NCBI GenBank assembly: GCA_043747615.1
Contig: JAYTOU010000037.1
Coordinates: forward strand, 1-64,000
DNA from: Myxococcales bacterium
Lineage (GTDB): Bacteria; Myxococcota_A; Polyangia; Polyangiales; Polyangiaceae
Reading direction: 5' to 3'
DNA: 64,000 bases
Shown here: one piece after another, positions 56,278 through 64,000 of the stretch
Layout: each line of letters opens with the position of its first letter
Position numbering within the stretch: position 1 is the first letter of the stretch
Notes under the pieces: model-generated
What the model was told of the DNA's origin: nothing
Seen by the model: only the letters and a program-made list of their open reading frames with translations
Database searches by the model: none
Program-made: the position numbers and the translations under genes

Positions 56278-58658
56278 CCGCAAAAGCAGCGCTCAGCACC
56301 GAGCTAGACGTTCAGAGCATTGGTCGAGACCGGGTGCGGATTCGGCCGCAGCAACTCGCCGTCGGCGCTCCCACCGGCGAAGTGCGCGAGCTCATGCAAT
56401 GGCTCTCGGCACGACGCGAGGTCGTTGGCGTCGAGTACCACGAGGACACCGGATCAATCGAAGTCGCTTACCGCGACGCCGCGGGATCCGGCGCGTTCGT
56501 CCGCAGTCTGCGCGATCGCGTGTTCACCCTCGCCCGTCCCGCTCCGGTCAGCGACTTTCGCGTCGAGCTTGCGCACTCGCTCGCAGGGCGCGCCCGCCTT
56601 CGCCTGATCGGCGCGAGCGCTGAACAAAATTCGCGGCTCGCCGCCTGGGTGGGCGCTCAACCCGGAATCATCCGGGCCAGCGCATCGCCTGCGAGCCAGT
56701 CGATCCTCGTGCAGTTCGATCCCGATCTCATCACCGCAAAAAATCTGCTCGCGGCGATCTCCGAGAGCGATCCCTTGGGTTGGCCCGCCGCCCCGCCGGA
56801 GCCGAAACGTACGCAGTGGGGGACGACAGCGTTCAATACGGCGGTCCTGGCGACGGCGTTCTCGGGTCTCGCGCCGGCACCGGCGATGGCTGCAGCGGTC
56901 GTCATCACCGCGCTCCCCTCGGCGCGTCGCGCCCTCCGTGCGCTCGGAGAAAAGCGGGTCGGCGTCGACATGCTCGACGTTGCGGCCATCGGAATTTCGA
57001 TCGGCACCGGTCAACCCGGCACTGCCGCCTTCATCACCTGGCTCCTCGGTCTGGGAGACCTCGTCCTCGAGCACACTGGCGATCGCGCGCGCGACGCCAT
57101 CTCCAAGCTCATGAAGCTCGACGCCTCCGACGCGTGGCGCATCCGCGAGGTAAGCGGCGAGGAGACCGTCGAAAAGGTCTCGGTGAAGAAGCTCTCCGTC
57201 GGCGATCGCATCGTCATCGATCCCGGACAGCGCGTCGCCGCCGACGGCATCGTGGTGCGCGGCGTGGCCCTCACCGACGAAAAAGCCCTTACCGGTGAAT
57301 CCATTCCGCAGGAGAAAAGGCAGGGCGATCGCGTGCTCGCGGCGTCGGTCGTCGTCGAGGGACAGATCGTCGTCGAGATCGATCGCACCGGCAAAGATAC
57401 GACGGCCGCGAAGATCGTGCAGATCCTCGAAGGCGCGGGCGCCAAGCCGATGACCCTCCAGCGCAACGCCGAAAAAGTGGCCGACCGCCTCGTGCTCCCC
57501 ACCTTCGGTATCGCCGGGGGCGCCGCCCTCTTCGCCTCCCAGATCGATCGCATGACGAGCGTGCTCATCACCGATTTCGGCACCGGCATCCGGATCGCGG
57601 TTCCGACGAGCGCGCTCACCGCGATGACGATCGCCGCACGCCAAGGCGTTCTCGTGAAGGGCGGACAATTCCTCGAGCGCTTGGCAAAGGCCGACGCCAT
57701 CGTCTTCGACAAGACGGGCACACTCACCGGCGGCGCACCTAGCGTCTTCGAGGTCATCGCCCTCGGCGAGCTCGACGCCGAAGAGAGCGTGGCCCTCGCC
57801 GCGGCGGCAGAAGCTCGGCAGCAACATCCGATCGCCGAAGCCATTCGCCGTTACGCGGTGCACCGCGGCGTCTCCGTCCCCGACGCCGATTTCGGGAGCG
57901 AAGCGTACAGCATCGGAATCGGACTCCGCGCCTCCGTCGATCAGCGGGAAGTGCTGGTTGGTGGGCGTCGCCTGATGGAGCGGCACGGCATCTCCTCGGA
58001 GCCCGCGAGCTCGATCCTCGAGCGGCACCGCGAGCTCGGCGCCTCATCGATCTTCGTGGCCATCGAGGGAAGGCTCGAAGCGGTCATCGGATACGCCGAC
58101 GAGCCGCGACCCGAGAGCGCCGCTGTGGTGCGCGCGCTCAAGGCCAATGGCCGCCGCGAGATCATTCTCATGTCCGGAGACGCCCGCGGGCCGGTGGATG
58201 CGGTCGCCAAGGCCATCGGCGTCGACCGCGCGCTTTTCGAGCTGCTTCCGGAGGAAAAGGCCGCCCATGTTCGCGCTCTGCAGCGCGAAGGAAAAATCGT
58301 GGCGATGGTGGGCGATGGCATCAACGATGCTCCCGCGCTCGCAGTCGCGGACGTCGGAATTTCTCTGGAGGGCGGCACCGACGTGGCCCTCGAAACGGCG
58401 GACGTAGTGCTCCTCGAGGGAGGCCTCTTGCGATTGCCGCATGCCTTCGACATCGCCGACGAAGCCATGGCTCACGTGAGACGCGGGCTCGGCCTCGTGC
58501 TCGTGCCAAATGGCGTGGCCATCGTCCTCGGCGCGCTCGGGCTCATCAGTCCAGGCGTCGCGGCAGTCGTCAACAATGGCTCCACTGTGGTCGCTGCCGT
58601 TACCGCCCTCGCACCGCTCTTGAAGAAGAGCCCGAGACGCGCGAAGCTCCTCACGTGA
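56274..58658 (+). CDS. P1B-type (heavy-metal) ATPase with atypical membrane motif
   Basis: Two HMA2-like N-domains, LTGES, DKTGTLT, QHPIA, GDGINDAPAL. The CPx position reads DFGTGIRIAVP. Confidence 0.93.
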   Translation: MTAKAALSTELDVQSIGRDRVRIRPQQLAVGAPTGEVRELMQWLSARREVVGVEYHEDTGSIEVAYRDAAGSGAFVRSLRDRVFTLARPAPVSDFRVELAHSLAGRARLRLIGASAEQNSRLAAWVGAQPGIIRASASPASQSILVQFDPDLITAKNLLAAISESDPLGWPAAPPEPKRTQWGTTAFNTAVLATAFSGLAPAPAMAAAVVITALPSARRALRALGEKRVGVDMLDVAAIGISIGTGQPGTAAFITWLLGLGDLVLEHTGDRARDAISKLMKLDASDAWRIREVSGEETVEKVSVKKLSVGDRIVIDPGQRVAADGIVVRGVALTDEKALTGESIPQEKRQGDRVLAASVVVEGQIVVEIDRTGKDTTAAKIVQILEGAGAKPMTLQRNAEKVADRLVLPTFGIAGGAALFASQIDRMTSVLITDFGTGIRIAVPTSALTAMTIAARQGVLVKGGQFLERLAKADAIVFDKTGTLTGGAPSVFEVIALGELDAEESVALAAAAEARQQHPIAEAIRRYAVHRGVSVPDADFGSEAYSIGIGLRASVDQREVLVGGRRLMERHGISSEPASSILERHRELGASSIFVAIEGRLEAVIGYADEPRPESAAVVRALKANGRREIILMSGDARGPVDAVAKAIGVDRALFELLPEEKAAHVRALQREGKIVAMVGDGINDAPALAVADVGISLEGGTDVALETADVVLLEGGLLRLPHAFDIADEAMAHVRRGLGLVLVPNGVAIVLGALGLISPGVAAVVNNGSTVVAAVTALAPLLKKSPRRAKLLT

Positions 58659-59101
58659 CGTCCGAGAAATTGAGCCCTGAAGTCCGACGGATCGTGCGCC
58701 GAGCGAGGATCACCAGCGCCGTCGTTGGGGTGATCCTTTCGCCGATTCCGCTCGCTGACGAGCTCGTTCTTCTCCCGGTGTACGGCCTGATGAGCGACCG
58801 CATCGGGAAGCACTATGGCCTCCCCACGTCGGAAATTCCCTGGCGGCCGATCATATGGACAACCTGCGCGGGGCTCGCGGCACGAGCGGCGATCAACTTG
58901 ACGGTGTCGTTCATTCCCGGCGTCGCGGCCGTGGCCAACGCCGCCAGCGCCGCTGCGCTCACCCAGCTGCTCGGTCGCTACGTCGACGCAGCGTGCAAGA
59001 ATCCGGCGGGGACGCGCGTTCTCAGCATGCGCGACTTCGCCAATCAGTTCCGGGACATGAAGGCGGGTGTCCCCGTGAACCGACCCGAGTCTGCGGCATG
59101 A
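58655..59101 (+). CDS. DUF697/YcjF-like membrane protein
   Basis: SPIPLADELVLLP, IGKHYG, SFIPGVAAVANA. Coupled to the ATPase stop. Confidence 0.7.
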   Translation: MTSEKLSPEVRRIVRRARITSAVVGVILSPIPLADELVLLPVYGLMSDRIGKHYGLPTSEIPWRPIIWTTCAGLAARAAINLTVSFIPGVAAVANAASAAALTQLLGRYVDAACKNPAGTRVLSMRDFANQFRDMKAGVPVNRPESAA

Positions 59102-59120
59102 GTGTGAGGGGGGGGGCGCA

Positions 59121-60140
59121 ATGAGCACCGGAACGGACGATGATGACGTTGGAATGGAGGACTCCGCCGAGGTCGCGCGAAAGCGTGTGGGCACGACACT
59201 CAGGGACGTGTGGCGCGTGCTTCGACCTCTCGGCTGCGGAGGGACGGCATGGGTGTACGTCGGCGCCGGATCGAGCGGCAGCCTCGTGGCGATCAAGGTG
59301 CTCCACAGCCGTCTGGCCACCCACGAGGAGGTGACCTCCCGGTTCATGCGCGAGGCCGAGGTCGCCAAGGTCATCAACCATCCTGGTGTCGTGCAAATGT
59401 ACGACGAAGGAATGTCGGACGACGACGTTCCCTTCATGGTGATGGAGCTCCTCGAAGGAGAGACGCTCGAGGAACGGCGGCTGCGAAAAGGGGGAAAGCT
59501 CCCGGTGGACGAGGTCTTGTGGGCCACGGACCAGATCCTCGGGATCCTCATGAGCGCCCATAAAAAAGGCGTCGTTCATCGCGACATCAAGCCCGAAAAT
59601 ATTTTTCTCACGACGAAGAACGAGATCAAAGTCCTCGACTTCGGGATCGCGCGTTACAGGTCCGGGGAGAGCAGCGCCGCGACGAAAATCGGGTCGATGC
59701 TCGGCAGCCTCCACTACATGCCGCCCGAGCAGGGGCGCGGCGACTGGGACAAGGTCGGCGTGCAGACCGATCTGTGGGCGGTCGGAGCGACCATGTTCGC
59801 GCTCATCGCAGGTCGACCCGTCCACGATGAGAAGGACCTGATGTCGCAGCTCGAGGCGATCACCCGGAGCCCCGCTCCCTCGCTCGACAAGTATGCCCCC
59901 GAGGTGAGCGAGACGGTGGCCCTCCTCGTGGCGCAAGCTCTTCAGTTCGACTCGCACCGGCGCTGGAGCGACGCCGCAACGATGCAGCTCGCGCTCCGCA
60001 TCACCTATCACTCGGGCGACAACGGGACGATGCCCGGGAGCGACGAGGAAGCGGTCGACAGCCTTCGCGCAGTCGACCGGCCGCGGATTTTTTCTGCGCC
60101 GACCCTGCCCCCCTTCTCTAGGAGAAATGACAAGCCCTGA
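59121..60140 (+). CDS. Cytoplasmic Ser/Thr protein kinase
   Basis: LGCGGTAWVY, VAIK, HRDIKPEN, DFG, YMPPEQ, DLWAVG. Confidence 0.93.
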   Translation: MSTGTDDDDVGMEDSAEVARKRVGTTLRDVWRVLRPLGCGGTAWVYVGAGSSGSLVAIKVLHSRLATHEEVTSRFMREAEVAKVINHPGVVQMYDEGMSDDDVPFMVMELLEGETLEERRLRKGGKLPVDEVLWATDQILGILMSAHKKGVVHRDIKPENIFLTTKNEIKVLDFGIARYRSGESSAATKIGSMLGSLHYMPPEQGRGDWDKVGVQTDLWAVGATMFALIAGRPVHDEKDLMSQLEAITRSPAPSLDKYAPEVSETVALLVAQALQFDSHRRWSDAATMQLALRITYHSGDNGTMPGSDEEAVDSLRAVDRPRIFSAPTLPPFSRRNDKP

Positions 60141-60259
60141 CGCGGCAAACTGGATCCCCTCCCTGGATCACGGCGATCGCGCTTCCGATCGTCTCCGTCC
60201 ATAACGTATGTAATTTCGGCTGATCTCCCTACGGCATACAGCTTGCTCAACAGGGTGGA

Positions 60260-60754
60260 ATGACGTCCAAACTGGTGACCACCGCCGTGACTCTCGGGCT
60301 CGGATTCGTTCTCCTTCACTGCGGGACGGCCGCTGATTCGCCAACGGACACCTCGGACGACCCGCTCCGCGGCTGTGCGGGCAAGGCCTCGCACGTCATC
60401 CCGGCGTCGAATGAATATGAGCTCACGTCGTTCGGCTTCAGCAGCGGCGACGACGGGATCATGTCCTGCGGCTCCTTCACGAAGCATGGCTCCTGGTATT
60501 ACGCGGCATCGCGCCAGCGTTACGGGTGCGGCGCGCGGATCAAAATCGAAGCGAACGGAAAATGCGTCGTCGCCCAGACCGATGACTACGGCCCCGACAT
60601 CTGCGTGGAGACGCGAGCAAAGTCACCGATCATCGACGCCTCGCCGCTGGTCTCGGAGCACCTGTTCGGAGTGATGTCCGCGGGATGGTCCGATCACTTC
60701 AAGGTCACGGTCACCGAGGTCGACAAGACCACGCCGCTCGGTATTTGCCCCTAG
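60260..60754 (+). CDS. Lipoprotein with RlpA-like/DPBB domain
   Basis: Lipobox LLHC, CG...YAA...CGARIKI, DYGP, IIDASP. Confidence 0.75.
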   Translation: MTSKLVTTAVTLGLGFVLLHCGTAADSPTDTSDDPLRGCAGKASHVIPASNEYELTSFGFSSGDDGIMSCGSFTKHGSWYYAASRQRYGCGARIKIEANGKCVVAQTDDYGPDICVETRAKSPIIDASPLVSEHLFGVMSAGWSDHFKVTVTEVDKTTPLGICP

Positions 60755-60769
60755 CATTCGCGCCGCCGC

Positions 60770-62032
60770 TCAAGGGAGCGGAACGGAGACGAGGTCCACT
60801 GGTAGGCTGGATCCGCCTCCGCTGCTCAAGCGAAGGGCTACTTTTCCAGCTCCGAATCGACCTGCGGCAATCGCTTGCGTCGTCGTACCCAGGGCCTCCG
60901 CTGCCGAAGGGAGCAGCGTGACGCCCATCAGTCCGTCGCTCCCCGCCGAGATCTCTGCCGCTCCTCCCCACGCGCCTCCGCGCGGTGCGATCGCAAGCGC
61001 CGTGTACGTCGTCGCGTAGAGCGAGATCCGGTAGACCAAGCCGTAGTTCCCGCCGAGCGTTACCGCCGCGTTTCCGTCGACCGCGTCGATCCCTGCGAGA
61101 TCAAGATCGGCGATGCCGTCGCCGAGGGTGAGCTTGCGCACGGTGCTCCCGTCGAACGAGGCAAGCGCGCTCACGATCCGTTCGGCGTTGGGGAAGGTGC
61201 CCCGGCTGTGCGCGCCCGTGTTGGCGAGGAGAGACAGACCGGAGGTGGTCGCCACCGTCGCTTCGGTCGACAAGAGACTCACCACCGAGACTTTCACCGG
61301 AGCATCGACGCTGAAGTCAATGATGGCGTGCACCAGATCATTTTGCTGCGCAAAGAGCGTGTCGAGCGTCGCGTCGAGGAGCACGCGGGTCATCGGCGGA
61401 ACTGTGAGCGAAGTCGCTGCCGTCGAGCGGAGCCAGCTAGAAGCCGCTGATTTACCTATGGAAACGTAGTTCGTCGATGGACCGGCGATCCCTCGTGCGC
61501 CAACGATGACATGTGCACCGGTCGTCCCTTGGTTGAAGACGACGACCGGAAACTTGCGGAGCGCCGTGCCTCCATTCGCGTGATAGACGTACACGCGAAA
61601 GCGCCCTGGGCCGACCACGTCGGCGTAGAGAACTCCGTCGGTCGAGGGGAGCTCTGGCTCGTCCGAGAAGAGCATCGTCGGCGCATCGAGCGGCGTGCAC
61701 ACGAGCGCCGGGAGACACGGAGCCGTCGACGGACCGAGCCCGCCCAAGGTGATGACGTCGCCGCGTGTAGCCGCAGCGCTCGCGTTCGTCAGAGCCAGCG
61801 ACGGCGAGACGCGCGCACCGGGACAGGAGGATCGATCGGCCACGAGGCTCGAGCCAGGAGGTACACGTCGGCCCCGCATCGACCGAACCATCGCCACGTC
61901 TCGTACCGAACGGCGCATCGACCGCCGGCCCTTCGGCATCCACGATCGAAGCGTCGAGCGCGTGGGACGCAGGCGAGGCGCTGGGATCGCTGCACGCGCC
62001 GAGGGCGAGCAGCGCCAGCCATCGGGTCAGGA
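60770..62032 (-). pseudogene. Hypothetical lipoprotein with an apparent 1-nt frameshift
   Basis: Lipobox LALLALGAC and the DAG linker are in one frame (to PTC near 61863). The body (PPGSSL...FSDEPE...YHAN...GNYG...LPV) is in another. Start codon not identified. Confidence 0.6.
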
Positions 62033-62155
62033 CAGAGCCTGCTCGGGGGAAGCGGGGAATACCATTGCTGCCGCGACGCGCGTGGCGAGGTTGACGATGG
62101 TCATCGTGGGGTCGGAGCCCGACAAGGTCGGAAAGATCGCCGCGAGACCAATATC

Positions 62156-62653
62156 TTACGTTTTTCGCGCTTTGGCGATGCCGCGCTTCGAAGGTGAGGG
62201 TGCGTGGTTTCCATGGGAATGCTCGTGGGTGTGACCGTGATCGTCGCTCCCGAGATCGGTGATGAGCTCGATGCCGCCGTGCTTGACTCCGCGCGTGGCG
62301 AGGAGGCGATCGGCCACGTCTTTCAGCTCTCCGGAGCGCCCGCGCATGACGATCACCTCGAGGCATCGGTCGTTGTCGAGATGAACGTGGAGCGACGCGC
62401 GGACCTTTTCGCCGAGACCGTGCTGGATCTCCGTGAGATGCTCGCTGAGGTCACGCACGTGGTGATCGTAGACGAGAGTCACCGCAGCGACGGCTTGCGT
62501 TCCGCGTGCCACTTGCGAGCGGACCACCTCGGCGCGCACGAGATCCCGCAGGATCTCCGACCGGGTCGTCCCTCGCGCGTCGGCGATCGCATCGAGGGCG
62601 GCGAGAAGGGGCCGGTCCATGGCGACGCCAAACCTCGCGAGCGGGTCTCTCAT
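62156..62653 (-). CDS. nikR: Nickel-responsive transcriptional regulator NikR
   Basis: RHH domain (RFGVAMD...RSEILRDLVR), VYDHH, IQH, LHVHL..DRCLEVI, RGVKHG. His-rich tail. Confidence 0.95.
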   Translation of the reverse strand: MRDPLARFGVAMDRPLLAALDAIADARGTTRSEILRDLVRAEVVRSQVARGTQAVAAVTLVYDHHVRDLSEHLTEIQHGLGEKVRASLHVHLDNDRCLEVIVMRGRSGELKDVADRLLATRGVKHGGIELITDLGSDDHGHTHEHSHGNHAPSPSKRGIAKARKT

Positions 62654-62696
62654 TCTTCAACTCTACGCGGGTCGAGCGAGAAAAAAAGCCTGCGTC

Positions 62697-62724
62697 GTGG
62701 CATGTTTTCGACGTTTCGTGCTAT
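62697..62724. promoter_or_regulatory. Candidate NikR operator
   Basis: Imperfect inverted repeat GTGGCA-N16-TGCTAT with a T-rich spacer, in the nikR/tonB divergent gap. Confidence 0.4.
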
Positions 62725-62801
62725 TCATGGCTGATAATCGGCAGATCCGCGGGGCGGAGCCAATCGTAGTACGTAGAGACTTCCCGGAGCGTGCGACAGA
62801 G

Positions 62802-63542
62802 ATGTTCAAGGTTCCCCTGATTGCATCTGCCATCGTTCACGCGACCATCGTCGCCGTGGCGGTCGTCGGTGGTCATGGACCGAGCAGCTCCGCACCGAGC
62901 CCGAGTGTAGAGATTTCCCTCGAGACGCTTGCGTCTCAGCCGGCTCAGGCAGCCGTTCAGGTAGAAGAGGCACCCCCGGTCAACGTCGCGGCTCAGGTGC
63001 CGGCTCACGTCCACTCGCATATCCACGACTATCCCGTTCCGGTCGATCACGATCGCCCGCACGATCCATCGCTCGTTCACGAGCATACTCACGACCATGC
63101 CGACGAGCAGCCGAGCGCGAGCGAAGCGAGTGCCATCGCCGTCGCGGCTCCGGTGGCAGCGCCCGTCTTCAACATGGTGATAGGTCCAGCGATCGCGGCG
63201 CACGGTGGGCTCACGGCAGCGCACCCGACGCCGGCGATGAGCCCCCTCGCCGAGCCCATGTCGGAAGGTTCGGTCAACGTCGCGGCGCGTCTGCTCACGA
63301 GCGCCCCTCCGGTGTACCCGCCGGCGGCAAGGGCCGCCGAAGTCGAAGCCGACGTCGTCGTCGACCTCGTTCTCGATGAATCGGGTCGCGTCTCCGAGGC
63401 GAAGATCCTTCGCGCGGCGGGCTTCGACCTCGACAAGTCCGCCCTCGAGGCGATCCGCGGTTACCGATTTTCCCCCGCGCAAAAAGACGGGCGCCCGGTT
63501 CGCGTGCGCATGCACTGGACCGTCCAGTTCCGATTGCGCTAA
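62802..63542 (+). CDS. TonB family energy transducer with His-rich linker
   Basis: TM with SAIVH motif, Pro/His-rich linker, C-domain YPPAAR...GRV...LDKSALEAI...FSPA...VQFRL. Confidence 0.92.
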   Translation: MFKVPLIASAIVHATIVAVAVVGGHGPSSSAPSPSVEISLETLASQPAQAAVQVEEAPPVNVAAQVPAHVHSHIHDYPVPVDHDRPHDPSLVHEHTHDHADEQPSASEASAIAVAAPVAAPVFNMVIGPAIAAHGGLTAAHPTPAMSPLAEPMSEGSVNVAARLLTSAPPVYPPAARAAEVEADVVVDLVLDESGRVSEAKILRAAGFDLDKSALEAIRGYRFSPAQKDGRPVRVRMHWTVQFRLR

Positions 63543-63555
63543 TCCGTTACGTCGA

Positions 63556-64000
63556 ATGGGCTACGAATCGCTTCGCGATTGCATCGACGATCTGGAGCGC
63601 GGGCGGCAGATCGTTCGCATTCCCCAGGAGGTAGACGCCAACCTCGAAGCGGCGGAGATCCACCGCCGCGTCTTTGAGGCGGGTGGCCCGGCCGTCTTCT
63701 ACGAGCGGGTGCGGCAGTGCGCCTTTCCGATGGTCAGCAATCTCTTCGGGACGATGGATCGCGCGCGGTTCATTTTCCGCGACGCGCTCGGCGACGTACG
63801 TTCTCTCGTTCGAACGAAGGTGGATCCGGCGAGTCTGATCACGGAGGCCACACGTGCGCTCGGATTACCGAGAGCAGCGCTTCATCTCCTGCCGCGCATG
63901 GTCTCGCGCGGACCGGTCTTCGACCACACCATACGAGTGAGCGAGCTCCCGCAGTTGAAATCGTGGCCCGACGACGGCGGCGCGTTCATCACGCTCCCCC
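63556..64000 (+). CDS. UbiD family decarboxylase (5' part, runs off the window)
   Basis: MGYESLRDCIDDLE...EVDANLE...GGPAVFYE...FPMVSNLFGT...LPQLKSWPDDGGAFITLP. Absent from the ORF track because there is no stop. Confidence 0.9.
   Translation, partial: MGYESLRDCIDDLERGRQIVRIPQEVDANLEAAEIHRRVFEAGGPAVFYERVRQCAFPMVSNLFGTMDRARFIFRDALGDVRSLVRTKVDPASLITEATRALGLPRAALHLLPRMVSRGPVFDHTIRVSELPQLKSWPDDGGAFITLP

Noticed and set aside
60206..60239. GTATG...CATAC inverted repeat resembling the E. coli NikR box
   Set aside because: The spacer is 24 nt instead of 18, and it precedes a DPBB lipoprotein with no nickel link.

Overview
GC-rich chromosomal window that reads as a myxobacterium of the Sorangiineae/Polyangiaceae type (Ser/Thr kinases, PEGA/TPR proteins, Cys-rich lipoproteins with DAG-type linkers). 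It starts with tRNA-Ala(GGC) and holds about 55 genes. I found no integrase, transposase, CRISPR array or rRNA. The main points: (1) a probable non-ribosomal amide-ligase/peptide-turnover system split over two loci about 20 kb apart (23.4-29.3 kb: esterase, RimK-like ATP-grasp, M61 peptidase, second ATP-grasp, ATP-grasp-like ligase; 49.7-54.1 kb: class I GATase, paralogous ATP-grasp, YbdK/GCS2 ligase, divergent S8 protease); (2) a coupled module of an atypical 857-aa Hsp70, an HPD-less J-like protein and two helical proteins; (3) a P1B-type ATPase lacking the usual Cys/His membrane ligands; (4) NikR divergent from a His-rich TonB with a candidate operator; (5) deletion scars at 42.7-43.6 kb. 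All family calls come from motifs recognised by eye, not from database searches, so novelty is untested.
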